Notes under the pieces: generated by a model
The model's input: the letters and a program-made list of their open reading frames with translations, nothing else
What the model was told of the DNA's origin: nothing
Databases searched by the model: none
From: Octopus sinensis
Lineage: Eukaryota
Direction of reading: 5' to 3'
DNA: 64,000 nucleotides
Assembly: GCF_006345805.1 (NCBI RefSeq)
Contig: NC_042997.1
Span: forward strand, 178,498,001 to 178,562,000
Part shown: piece after piece, positions 1 to 12,642 of the stretch
Layout of the letters: each line of letters starts with the position of its first letter
Numbering within the stretch: position 1 is the stretch's first letter
Translations under genes and position numbers: made by a program

Positions 1-222
1 CCCCACCTGCAAGGTCATGTGCTGTTTATCTTGATATGAGATCACCATGTCGCGCACATATGGTTGTGATGCATGTGCCTGTTGTACCCTTATCAGACGA
101 GTAGTCATGATGGGTATACTGGGCTTCATATATTTTACACCAGTGTCACTATGATGGCATGCACTGCTCTCTCACTCAATAATAATAATAATAATGATAA
201 TAATAATAATAATAATAATAAT
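1..222 (+). mobile_element. 3' end of a retroposon-like interspersed repeat ending in an (AAT)n tail
   Basis: Non-repetitive stretch ends ...GCACTGCTCTCTCACTC then (AAT)n 178-222; no ORF; family not assignable. Confidence 0.4.
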
Positions 223-251
223 CCTAAGATGGAATTTATAGATATTTAATG

Positions 252-387
252 CACCGCTACGCGCGTTTCCACAAGTCACATGATTTTTAAGGCTACAATT
301 TTTATTCTGCAGATAATTACAGTGTAGTCCGTAATATTCGTAGGCATCCGGTTGATCATCTTCACTGATTCATTTCTTCAGGTGATA
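252..387 (-). ncRNA. Candidate type I hammerhead ribozyme (left arm)
   Basis: Minus strand: TATCAC-CTGAAGA-stem II-GAAAC-GCGC-GTA-GCGGTG; ACGCGCGT palindromic stem III; stem I 5 of 6 pairs. Confidence 0.55.
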
Positions 388-527
388 TAACATTGGTGGA
401 TGAATCATATAGGGATGTTTTTCTCTTTTTATCAGTATGAAGGTCAAGCGAAGCTATACTGATAAAAAAAAGGCCATAGTGATAAAAAGAGAAAAAACAT
501 CCTTCTGTGGTTCAGCCATTAGTGTTA

Positions 528-663
528 TATCACCTGAAGAAATGAATCAATGATGATGATCAACCGGATGACCACGAATTGTATGGACTACACTGTAATC
601 ATCCCAGGTATACGGAATGTGATCTTAAAAGTTATTTGATTTGTGGAAACGCGGGTAGAGATG
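528..663 (+). ncRNA. Candidate type I hammerhead ribozyme (right arm)
   Basis: TATCAC-CTGAAGA(534-540)-ATGAATCAA/TTGATTTGT stem II-GAAAC(646-650)-GCGG-GTA-GAGATG. Confidence 0.5.
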
Positions 664-692
664 CATTAAATGTTTATAAATTCCATCCTAGG

Positions 693-749
<57 letters not shown>

Positions 750-792
750 GTTGTTGTTGTTGTTGTTGTTGTTGGTGTTGTTGTTGTTGCTA
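693..792. repeat. Compound (ATT)n(GTT)n microsatellite
   Basis: Direct reading. Confidence 0.95.
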
Positions 793-993
793 TTATATTT
801 ATCCTACATTGTATTGGTATAACATGATGCAACCCCACAAAACTGACTCACTAGTCAGCATCATTAGACGGAGGCTGGCGTAATGGGATAGGAGCTCTAT
901 GTGCGTATTCAAAACGTTACCATAAACAAATTGAAAAGATACACACGCGCGCACACACACACACTCATACACACACACATCTCTTCTTTTCGA

Positions 994-1303
994 CCTTTTA
1001 AAGCCTATCCAGCCTCATGGGCCCGGTTTCCCGGTTTCTGTGGCGTATGTGTTCCCCCCAGCTGGACGGGACGCCAGTTCATCGCAGCGTTACTCAAGGA
1101 ACAGGAATAGAGAGAGAAAGAGAGTGAGAGAAAGTTGTGGCGAAAGAGTACAATAGGGGTCGCCACCATCCCCTGCTGGATCCTCGTGGACATTTTAAGT
1201 GTTTTCGCTCAATAAACACACACAACGCACGGTCTGGGAATCGAAACCGAGATCCTCCGACCGCGATTCCGCCGCCCTAACAACTGGGCCATTGCGCCTC
1301 CAC
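994..1303 (-). mobile_element. tRNA-derived SINE, family C
   Basis: Minus strand GTGGAGGCGCAATGGCCCAGTTGTTAGG (A box) ... GGTTTCGATTCCC (B box); homologous to 15076, 36090, 54187, 58306. Confidence 0.85.
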
Positions 1304-1588
1304 ACATACACACATATGGATACATTTATAGGTACATGTATGTGTATACAAATTATGTACTCCTACATATATAGGTACATATATGTATGTACATAAACAC
1401 GTTATATACTTCGTTTACCGATGTCAGTCACCGGATTACTGCAGTGCTGGAACACTGCTTTCAAAAGTTGAGTCAGGTACATTTGTATCGGTCTTCCTTT
1501 ATCGAATCGATAGGTTATATTTCCAACATAAACGAATGCAACTTGACACAGTAGTTTACACATTTAAGGATAAGCAGACATAAGTTTA

Positions 1589-1825
1589 TACCTATTTCTT
1601 TACTACCCACAAGGGGCTAAACACAGAGGGGACAAACAAGGATAGACAAACGGATTAAGTCAATTACATCGACCCCAGTGCGTAACTGGTACTTATTTAA
1701 TCGACCCTGAAAGGATGAAAGGCAAAGTCGACCTCGGCGAAATTCGAACTCAGAACGTAGCGGCAGACGAAATACTGCTATGCATTTCGCCCGGCGCGTT
1801 AATGTTTCTGCCATCTCGCCGCCTT
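1589..1825 (-). mobile_element. tRNA-derived SINE, family A, full length
   Basis: Minus strand AAGGCGGCGAGATGGCAGAAAC... GAGTTCGAATTTC B box, GGGTCGAT body, ...AAAGAAATAGGTA tail; more than 12 copies in window. Confidence 0.9.
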
Positions 1826-2427
1826 ATAAGTTTATACCAATAAGTATAAGGGCACACACGTTAATATGTATGTTTATACAGTTTGATTATTTTTATTCAG
1901 TAGAAAGTTTCTAACGGGTCTTAAGAGCAGAGAGTTTCGAGCAGTTACCAAATTGAATTTAAATCAATGTGCTTACTTCCTTGTATAGAATGAATGATAG
2001 TTAGTCCGAAACTCTCGATAAAAGATTAGAATTGGAAGGTCACCTAAATAAATGCTTATTTTACATACGCACGCACGCATATACACGCATATACAAACAC
2101 ACATTCACACACACGCGCGCATACACACACACGCGTGTATACACACACATGCACACACACATGAACGCACGCACACACACACACACACACATACGCGCAA
2201 ATACACGTATACGTGGGATATTCACTCGCCCCTCAGAATCAGAACCCAGAAACTTTCAATAAAGGACTCACGCAGACTTAGCTTTGAATAAAACGCTTAT
2301 TCCGCTCTACATTAAAGTATTGAGTACTTTTTCGCTAAATTATAATTCGCACTAATGCCAATCCATTATCATTTGACTGTCTCTCTACATTCGCGCCTAC
2401 AATATACAATAAACAAATAACACATAC

Positions 2428-2495
2428 ACAGACATATATATATATATGTGTGTGTATGTATATATATATATGTTATATATATATATATAGATATA

Positions 2496-2531
<36 letters not shown>

Positions 2532-2535
2532 TGCG

Positions 2536-2569
<34 letters not shown>

Positions 2570-2596
2570 CGCATACATAACATACATACATACATA

Positions 2597-2668
<72 letters not shown>
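2428..2668. repeat. (TA)n/(TATG)n compound microsatellite
   Basis: Direct reading; abuts the truncated LINE 5' end. Confidence 0.95.
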
Positions 2669-3351
2669 CAGAGCCCTATGCATAGCACTTGTGGAAACTC
2701 ACCTCAACCCTGATATAGAGAACGCAGAAGTACACATACCAAACTATGCCATACTGCGAACAGACAGAAGGGAAAGGAGCCATGGTGGAGTTGCTGTATA
2801 CATCCGAGATGACCTCACACCCCAGGTCTTAATGACATACTCAAATTCGGTATGTGACACTTTAATTGTATACATAAGAGAACATAATATAGTCATATGC
2901 ACTACATATTGCCCACCGGATGCCCCAAATCACATAGGCAAGTTTGAAGATTGCCTCACAAGAATTAAAGAAATCCTCATGAATCTGGAACACCACGTGA
3001 CCATATTTCTTATGGGTGATTTCAACTTCTCCAACGTCAAATGGTCCGAAGGTCACATACTCTTAGGAATGAATCATTGCAAGCAAGTACAGGTGGAGTC
3101 CCTGCTCAACCTCACCAATGCCTTATTCATGGAGCAAGTTGTACTTAAGCCAACTAGGGCGAATATCATTCTGGATCCCCTGCTTCACGAACAATATGGA
3201 CATCATTCATGATGTGAAAGTGACACCGACATCAGTTTCGGATCACAACATAATAGAGCTGTCTATGTTTGGGCCAAAAGTAACCAGAGACATACAGCCT
3301 AAAGGAAGCACCCGAAATCTCTCCAATCTGAACTTCCACAAAGCAGATTGA
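2669..3351 (+). pseudogene. LINE APE endonuclease domain, frameshifted
   Basis: [33 protein letters not shown]...FLMGDFNF; frameshift near 3180 into DVKVTPTSVSDHNII. Confidence 0.85.
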
Positions 3352-3840
3352 AAATCGATCCAAAAAGAGATCCTCAGAGAGGACTGGCCGGAATGTCTCT
3401 CCACACCAGACATTGACATGAAACTAGAATGTTTCATGTCTTCTGTGCAAGCCGTATGCCAGAAATATGTCCCAGAGCACAAGGCCAAAACAAATAGGAG
3501 CAAGATTCCAAGAGACAGGAAGATCCCCATGAGACGACGGACGAAGGTTGCAAATCGTCTCAACCAACATCCCAAAAGTAGCGAAACGTCCCGTCTAAAA
3601 ACAACACTGATGGAGAGATCGAAAAAAAAAGGTGCAACAATCCTATGTGAAGGAGAAAGCAGACAAAGAAGCCTGGGTTATAAAAAACATTAAACCAAAC
3701 CCAAAGGCCTTCTTTCATTACGCGAAAGAAACAGTTTCAGTGCACTACAAGATAGGACCCCTCCTCCAAAAGGATGGCTCCCTCACAGACAGTCCAACTA
3801 AGATCAGTGAGATGCTGAATGACCAGTTTTTACCACCCCG

Positions 3841-5544
3841 TTGGAACATAGACAAGTGAACGAACCAGTGGACTTCTTTGCCGCCTCACCTATAACCAGC
3901 GAAGCGGTTACAATAGAATGTATTGACATTAGCGAAAAAGATGTCCTACTAGCCATAGATGAAGTGGACACAAACTCAGCTGCTGGTCCAGATGGTTTCC
4001 CAGCCATCCTCCTCAAAGCGTGTAAGTATGCCCAGGCAAAACCCCTCAAGATTCTTTTCCAGAGCTTTCTTGCGAATGGCAAACTGCCAAGCAAGCTGAA
4101 GGAGGGAATAATATGCCCAATACATAAAGGGGGAAGTAGAGCAGATGCCAAAAACTATAGGCCTATCTCTCTGACTTCACACATCAACAAAGTCATGGAA
4201 AGGATAGTCAGAAAGAAACTAATCGCATTCCTTGAGGAAAATAACTTGCTGAGTGATACCCAGCATGGTTTTCGACCAGGTAGGAGCTGCCTGACCCAGC
4301 TCTTACAGCATTATGACTGGGTGTTGAGGCAGTTACTCAACAAATCAAATGTGGACGTAATCTACCATAATTTTGCAAAAGCTTTTGACAAGGTGGATCA
4401 TGGTATGATATGCCACAAACTGCGTGACCTCGGCATAGCTGGAAAACTTGGAGTGTGGTTGCATGACTTCCTGAAAGATAGGAGTTAGGCAGTAGTGGTT
4501 AATGGAGCCACCTCTATGAACACACAAATAGTGAGCGGTGTTCCACAGGGCACTGTCTTGGTACCACTGCTTTTTATAGTGGCCCTCTCAGATATGTCCT
4601 CAAATGCCCGGATAGCCACTCTGGCCAGCTATGCAGACGATACGAAAGTCTCGCAGAAAATACAGAACCCCAGCGATGTTGCACACTTGCAGCAGGAGTT
4701 GGACTCAATCTACAGATGGGCTGAGGATAATAATATGCAGTTTAATGCTGAAAAGTTCCAGGCCCTGCGCTACCAGCATCCAAAACTGAATATTAAACTT
4801 ACAGGATACACCGGTCCACAGGGAATTTCAATCCCAGAGCCTAAGTCTGTGAGGGACCTGGGTATCGACATGAGTGATGATACCTCTTTCCAAGTGCACA
4901 TTACCAGGATGGCGACAAAGTGCAGACGACTGGCTGGGTAGATCCTAAGAACATTCAGAACCAGAGATAAGGAAACCATAATGGTCCTCTGGCAGACATT
5001 CGTCCTCAGCCGCCTGGATTACTGCTCACAGCTATGGTCACCCACCAGTGTAAAATTAACAGCGGACCTTGAAGCAATCCAGAGAAGATTCACAAAGAAG
5101 ATCGTCTTTTTGCAACAGCTCAGCTACTGGGAAAGGTTGAAACAGCTAAGACTCTACTCCCTGGAGAGAAGACGGGAGAGGTATGCAGTAATATATGTCT
5201 GGAAGATCCTGGAAGGAATTGTGCCAAATTTTGACATTGTAAGCTACACCAATGCTAGAACGGGACGACACTGCATAGTGCCAAAGATCCCAGCAATGCT
5301 ATCACGCTTCAGGACCAGCTTCTGCAACAGCCTGGGTTTCAAGGGCCCACAGCTTTTTAATATTCTCCCAAAGAGTCTGAGGAACTTGCACAAAGTAGAC
5401 GTAGCGGTTTTTAAATCAAAGTTGGACATCTTCCTGTCAAGAGTCCCAGATGAACCTACCTCACGGCAAGAGGTGCAAATGAGAGTAGCTATATCAAACT
5501 CCATTCTTCACCAAGTGCCACATATTAGACGAGGTTCGTCGTAA
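3841..5544 (+). pseudogene. LINE reverse transcriptase, one frame broken by two TAG stops (4486, 4939)
   Basis: ORFs 3841-4488, 4495-4941 and 4981-5544 share one frame. Confidence 0.9.
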
Positions 5545-5613
5545 TAACAGTGTAGCACAAAACGGCGGTGCATCAGCATGGCCGCAGCTCTGAGCTGAAA
5601 CTAGAAAAAAAAA

Positions 5614-6000
<387 letters not shown>

Positions 6001-6317
6001 GTGTATAACAACGATGATATTGAATTTGAAAAGACAAAGCTACACAGAAAAAAAGTGAAAGAGAAAAAATAAAAACGAAGTTAAAGAAGAAATAGAAAAA
6101 AAGAAAGAAAGAAATGAAGCGCTGTGTTAACAAAACAAATATTTGCATAACAAATGGAAATAAAAAGAATATAAAAAAAAATTCTCAAACATATATAAAA
6201 AAAAATGAAATAAAAAGTAACAATACAAACAAACGATTATTTCCCATGAGACTTTCAAATGATTTTAGTCATGCAAAGCTGCATTTAACTTGAACACGTA
6301 GTGTCTCAGTGGGATGT

Positions 6318-6394
<77 letters not shown>

Positions 6395-7161
6395 AACATC
6401 AACAAGAAAAACGATAAAAATTTATAATTTTTATGGCGAAAAATTATATCAAACAAAAATACAAAATGTCTTATATAAATTCTTTTATTTTATTGCGTTT
6501 AGTTCCAGATCAGCTTTGTTGTTTAACCCAAGGTCATCACTCATCTAAGACATTTCCGTCCCAACACATACACACACATAAGCACACAGACACAGGCACA
6601 CAATCGCGCACACACACACACACACACGAACTTTCTCTCTATTCTAGATAGACCAGAGACTGTATTGTCCAAAGTATTTTCCACTTTCTTTAAAGACGAT
6701 TTGAGAGAGATGTTGCTATTTCTAGCAGGTCAAACGATCACGTAGCGGCTCTCTCGTAGGTTCGATTTCTTTAAGGTTTTGTGATTCTAATTATTGGCTG
6801 GAACACCATAACCTAAAGTATCGATCTCCAGTCTTTATTTTATCGATCTTGAAAAGATGAATGGCAATGCAAGACAAGGAAGGATTTGATCTCCGAACAT
6901 AAGCGAACGCAACCGAATTCCAGAAGTTATTTTTTGAAGGATACAATCAATTTCGATCGTGTATTCGTACACTGGACATTATTATGTATATTTTTAAACA
7001 GAAGCAGAATGGCAAGAAACCATTACATAAATGTCACACACACACATATATACTATTAAGTTTGAAAACAGAGAGATCTAATGGATACAAATTAATTAAT
7101 ATCATATTCACCTACAATTGTTTTTCATTTCACAAACAAAATTAAAATTACAAAACATATA

Positions 7162-7201
<40 letters not shown>

Positions 7202-7216
7202 AAATTAAAATTACTA

Positions 7217-7251
<35 letters not shown>

Positions 7252-7689
7252 ATAATAAATTTCCGCAATCTTTTGTAAATAAAATAAATAATCTTAATTT
7301 ACGATTGGTGTTGCCATCTTCAGCAGAAAAGAAAGGCTAGCATATAGGCACGAGGCGATAAGGACTATGCCTCGAGTCTATATGCTATAACTTCAAAATC
7401 CACCACACTCACGCGATTTTTCAGCAGTAAATATAATTGCCGATTTAATTTCAAAATGAACCAAAAAATCCTTTTACCATTAATTAATAAATTTTAGGGT
7501 AGCAAAAAAATTCTAGAAAAATTCTCCGCTACCAGTGGCCTAATGAGAAAGAAAAAATAGTCAATAGACTATATAATATGCATTTAAATACATAAGATAT
7601 GGCCATGTATTTGAGGACATACCTTTTTTTGGTCATTGCTGCATTTTTTGCAAACTCTGTATAATCTTTGTTTCAGAAAATAATAATGG

Positions 7690-7980
7690 CAGACCCCCAG
7701 CTTATTAAAGAAATGAAGAGGCATGCTGTTATTGTGGTTATAAATACCGAGCATTGCGCTTTAGAAATATCTCGACTTTTAAAAGTTGCCAGATCTTTCG
7801 TCTACAAATTTGTAAGGAGCTAGGGACTGAAGAAGGAAAAGTATCACCAGTATCAAAGCATAAAATGCATTCTAAACGGTCTGAAATCATCAGAGCAATT
7901 GAATTTATTTTATCCAGCAAGTTCAAGAGACCATTGATTACAACCCCAGAAAGTCCAATGATATACATTCCCAAATTTCT
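7690..7980 (+). mobile_element. Degraded IS630-Tc1-mariner transposase N-terminus
   Basis: MKRHAVIVVINTEHCALEISRLLKVARSFVYKF: HTH-like, frameshifted. Confidence 0.5.
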
Positions 7981-8026
7981 TTCAACTCCCAGAGCAACTT
8001 AGAACTTACGAAAGAAAATCTATATA

Positions 8027-9265
8027 TTGGGTTGGCAACAAAGTTCTCACTGTTTTTTTAAATTTTGGAATTTATTGCGCTTTTAAATTTTGGAATCTAT
8101 TTTTTCCGAGATTTCTATTTTTGAATCATTTTGAGATATATTTAAAAAGAATTTTAATTCAATTTTGTTTATTTTCAGATCATTAAAATGGAATGTCAAG
8201 TTAAGAAAAATGAGCATCTTCGACACCTCGTTTTTGCTTTTAATCAAGGTTCTAAGGCCGCAAAAGCTGCTCGCGACATTTGTAATGTGTATGGAGAGGG
8301 TGCCATAGCTGAAAGAACCGCTCGTTATTGGTATGCCAAGTTCAAAAATGGAAATTTTGACCCCAAAGATGCACCTCGTTCTGGTCGTCCAGTTGAGTTC
8401 GATGAAGAGCAATTAAACCAACTTTTGCTCGAAAACTTTCGTCAAACGACAAGGGAACTGGCAGAGAAAATGGAATGATCTCACACTGCTATAGAGAAGC
8501 ATCTTCACTCGATGGGAAAGGTTCTGAAGTATGGAGCATGGTTTCCGCATGCTTTAAGTGACAACAACAAAAATCAACGAGCCACAATCTCCGCTGGTTT
8601 GCTTACTCGTCACCGCTCAACTCATGGACACAAACAACTATTTCTTTACCGAATCATTACTGGCGACGAAAAATGGTGCCTGTACATCAATATGAAGCAG
8701 CGTAAGGAATGGTTTAGCCCTGGTAAACAAGCGACACTGCGCGTGAAACAAGATCTTCATCCTCGTAAAACGATATTGTGTGTATGGTGGGACTGGGAAG
8801 GGATTATCCTTTACGAATCGCTTGAACGGAACAAACAGATGGAACGACTCAACTCGGCTATTCAAGAGAAAAGACCTAATCGGCAGCATGGAGTTTTTCT
8901 GCTGCACGACAACGCCCGTCCTCATATCGCCAATATGACTGAAGCGATTCAATCGCATGACTGGGAAGTGCTGCTACACCCGCCGTACTCTCCTGATATG
9001 GATTTCCACCTCTTTCGATCTCTTTTAAATGCTATGCGCAGAGTTTCGTCCAATACTGATGCAGAATTGAGAGCTTTGATCAGTTTTCCGAGTCGAACTC
9101 GGATGATTTCTACCAACGTGGTATTGAAAATCTCGAACGTTGGGAAGAAGTTGTAAACAACAAGGGTGAATACATTATTTATTAATTAGTTGTTATTTTT
9201 TTTATTAAACCTTTTAAAAAATATAAATAAAAAAAAAAACGGCAGGAACTTAGTTGCCAACCTAA
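8027..9265 (+). mobile_element. Near-full-length mariner (DD34D-type) transposon with ~30-bp TIRs and TA duplication
   Basis: TA|TTGGGTTGGCAACAAAGTTC ... GAACTTAGTTGCCAACCTAA|TA. Confidence 0.92.
8188..9156 (+). pseudogene. Mariner transposase, in-frame TGA at 8476 and small deletions
   Basis: PRSGRP, WFPHAL, TGDEKW, HDNARPH, PPYSPD..DFHLF motifs. Confidence 0.9.
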
Positions 9266-11040
9266 TATTATACACAATATGAAACAAGATCTAAATAAAA
9301 GTCTCAAAAGAAGCTAGGACGTTTAGGACAAACTTATAAAAAATGGCTGTGAAGTTGTTTGCTGTTTGCAATGGAGATGAGATATATGCTATTGAATTTA
9401 CAACATTGCTGCAGGCAAATATTAGGTGGTATTTGTCTTTCTGTTCGACAGATGAAAAATTGTTATGGGTTTGCGTCAGAAAAAAAGCAAAACATTTTCC
9501 CCTCTCCGCTCTCTCGCTTTCCCCAAACTCTCACATACACACAGGCATAACTACATATATTCACACATTAAAACCCATACACATAATGCTGCACCATTAT
9601 TGCTATGTCTGAAGGTAGCATACTTTCGTTCAGATATCTAAGAGCGTGATTTTATAGTTCATTCACGTCAGAAGTTTTTAAAAAGGAAATTTAGATAATA
9701 TAATTATTGAAATCATAATGGGAACTTTAAAAAAAAAAAATATTGTATTGCATTCTCTTTTCTCTATAATTTTAAGCATCTCCCTAAAGTGTTGAAAAAA
9801 CTCCGCAAATTAAACAGTGAAAACTCAAAGGAAACGCAAAATAAAATTCAGGAATTTTATACTGTATTATATCGACCCCCACCTCGGAACTCACCCGATA
9901 GCCATTATATCAGGCCTGGATGGTTGAAATGCAAAAAATATTAGGGAAATAACACCAGCAGAGGCAACAGCAGCAGTATAAGTAGTAGTAATAGTAGTAG
10001 TAGTAACAATGATGATGATGATGATGATAAAAGAAAAACAACATCAGGTGCATAGTGAGGCTATCATCATAAAAACACACAGAGCGTTACCTTACCTCAG
10101 TTTATGAGAGACACAATTTTACACAGAAACTCTGGTGATAACAAAAATGAGGCTGGACCTTCAAGGGAATGCTTCTCGCTAGGCAATAATTCTATACAGA
10201 TGCAGACTGTATTGACTGATGCAGCATCAGCAGATAGTAGAATAAAGAGAAGTAAGTGGGTCGGTGAAAAAAGAAGGGTCTATAGAAAACGAATGTCAAC
10301 ACTTTGGGTAGGGAAGGGTATGCTTAATTTTTCTGTTGTGCAATCAATATAATTTAAGTTGTGTTTGGTGCATTTGACAGCGTACACTAGATGCGAATCT
10401 TTAAAGGATCCACCTTCTATATAATTCATAACAATTCTGTTATATTCTTAAGTTTGTCTCTACAGATTTCTGCAGAATTCAGAATCAGTATTACATGAAT
10501 GCGCCTATGTAAACAGCGTTATCGAACTTAGAATATATAATGGGTGTATATGCATATTTCAAGAGTTATTTCACTTTCATCAGCACCACATTCAACCCAT
10601 GAACTATCTATGAATGCATTGCTTACATATCCACTAAATTTAACGGAGTTACACTACTGGATACACCAGTTTACATATTAAACACATTCCTGGCTACAGG
10701 CATGTAAATATTAATTACTTTCGCAACCATAATATACTACCAAACATATAAAAAAGTTTACAAGTGAATATTATGTCTTACTTTTGTGTTAGCAGTGCGA
10801 TGTTCTCACGATGAAGTTGACATGAAATCATGCTGTTGCGCAATGAACAGGATTTACTTCTCATGCGGTTGCTTTTCGCTTTACAGCGTTCAGAAACTCC
10901 AATGGAGTTTTCATTGGGATTAGATGTATTAGTTAATGGTTCTGTTATATTTTTATTGCATGTATAGGCTACAATAGGTAGATGAGGAAATATTTGTTTG
11001 AAACAGGGATTTTTTTCTGAAATATGCTTTTACTGAAATA

Positions 11041-11545
11041 GGCGCAGGAGTGGCTGTGTGGTAAGTAGCTTGCTTACCAACCACATGGTTGTGGGTTCAG
11101 TCCCACTGCGTGGCACCTTGGGTAAGTGTCTTCTACTATAGCCTCGGGCCGACCAAAGCCTTGTGAGTGGATTTGGGAGACGGAAACTAAAAGAAGCCTG
11201 TCGTATATATGTATATGTATATGTATGTATATATATATATATATAACCAATATATATATATATATATATAAACCAAATATATATATATATATATATATAT
11301 ACACGTATGTATGTATATGTGTGTGTATATGTTTGTATGCCTGTATTTGTCCCCCCCCCAACATTGCTTGACAACTGATGCTGGTGTGTTTACGTCCCCG
11401 TAACTTAGCGGTTCGGCAAAAGAGACCGATAGAATAAGTACTAGGCTTACAAAGAACAAGCCCTGGGGTCGATTTGCTCGTCTAAAGGCGGTGCTCCAGA
11501 ATGACCGCAGCCAAATGACTGAAACAAGTAAAAGAGTAAAAAGAC
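11041..11545 (+). mobile_element. tRNA-derived SINE, family B (CORE-like), with internal (TA)n/(TG)n tract
   Basis: GGCGCAGGAGTGGCTGTGTGGTAAG, GGGTTCAGTCCC, CCTTGGG(T/C)AAGT core-like motif, ...AAATGACTGAAACAAGTAAAAGAG tail. Confidence 0.9.
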
Positions 11546-12405
11546 TTACTTACATGCAACACTTTTGAAATACCATTAAAGGAATTTCGGTACTAAAGGA
11601 ATTCGGACATAAATTTATTTTGTCTGCTTAACTTAGGCGTGAAAGTTTGATTTTCTTCGCTAATTATAGCTATATCATTTGCAATTTCCTTTAAATCGTG
11701 ATTCACGATAATCACATTTGTCATAATGGTGCACAAAAGCATTTGCATGTTTCCAATAATCCCTTATGTCAGTACAAATCCGTTGTGTCCTCAGAAACTG
11801 GGACTTTCGATTTGACTTAATTGTATGATGTGAAAGATAGAAGCGGTAGTAAAGATGTGGGATGACATGGGTTTGGACTATAACACTGGCACTATTCTGC
11901 CTTCTGAAAACCTATTTTTTGTGTCTAAAAATTCGTGAGTCGTTTTTGAAATATTATATTGTATTTAAAGCCATAATTCTTTAGCGAAGCAGTCACAGAA
12001 ATGCAAGAAGTTAACCAAATTATCCTGCGATTCTTCCCAGACAAAATGACGTCATCAATGAACCATAAACGTTCTTCCATAAGCATAAAGACTGAAATTT
12101 TGAGAGTCAGGTCTAGTCGATTACATTCGATTCCAGTGCTCAACGTGTACTTATATCAACCCTGAAAGGATGAACGGCAAAGTTGACCTTGGCCGGATTT
12201 GAACTCGGAAGGGACAACAATAGCTACAACAACATCAACAACATGTTTTTAGATTCATCATGCAGTCACATATTTGCAAAGGAGAAGTATAGTATATTAC
12301 ATTAGTCCCATTATATAATTGATATGTATTTTTCGACCCTGGAATGCTGAGAAATTAATTGATGTCGATGGGATTTGAACTCAAAACATAGAAGGAACAA
12401 CAAAA

Positions 12406-12642
12406 TACCTATTTCTTTACTACTCACAAGGGGCTAAACACAGAGAGGACAAACAAGGACAGACAAACGGATTAAGTCGATTATATCGACCCCAGTGCGT
12501 AACTGGTACTTAATTTATCGACCCAGAAAGGATGAAAGGCAAAGTCGACCTCGGCGGAATTTGAACTCAGAACGTAACGGCAGACGAAATACTGCTACGC
12601 ATTTTGCCCGGCGTGCTAACATTTCTGCCAGCTCGCCGCCTT
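12406..12642 (-). mobile_element. SINE family A, full length
   Basis: Matches 1589-1825. Confidence 0.92.

Larger units (their letters stand above)
223..692. repeat. Imperfect ~470-bp palindrome (fold-back element), arms ~80% identical, flanked by (AAT)n and (ATT)n
   Basis: CCTAAGATGGAATTTATA at 223 vs TATAAATTCCATCCTAGG ending 692; arms align by hand to ~435/~480. Confidence 0.9.
2669..5613 (+). mobile_element. 5'-truncated CR1-group (CR1/L2/Crack-like) LINE, ORF2 plus 3' UTR and A tail
   Basis: APE endonuclease motifs (ETHL, RTDR, GGVAVYI, MGDFN, SDH) then RT motifs (QHGFRPGRSCLTQLL, FAKAFDKVDH, GVPQGTVL, YADDTK); ends in stem-loop and A9. Confidence 0.9.

Noticed and set aside
2448-2668. 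N-terminus of the 254-aa ORF and the many YI/HT/ER/poly-L/poly-V ORFs across the window
   Set aside because: Translations of microsatellites, not proteins
10090-10260. Minus-strand donor site (CTTAC) with upstream exon
   Set aside because: All frames contain stops before the donor
11985-12110. Possible exon EAVTEMQEVNQIILRFFPDK...
   Set aside because: Weak donor site and no recognisable homology
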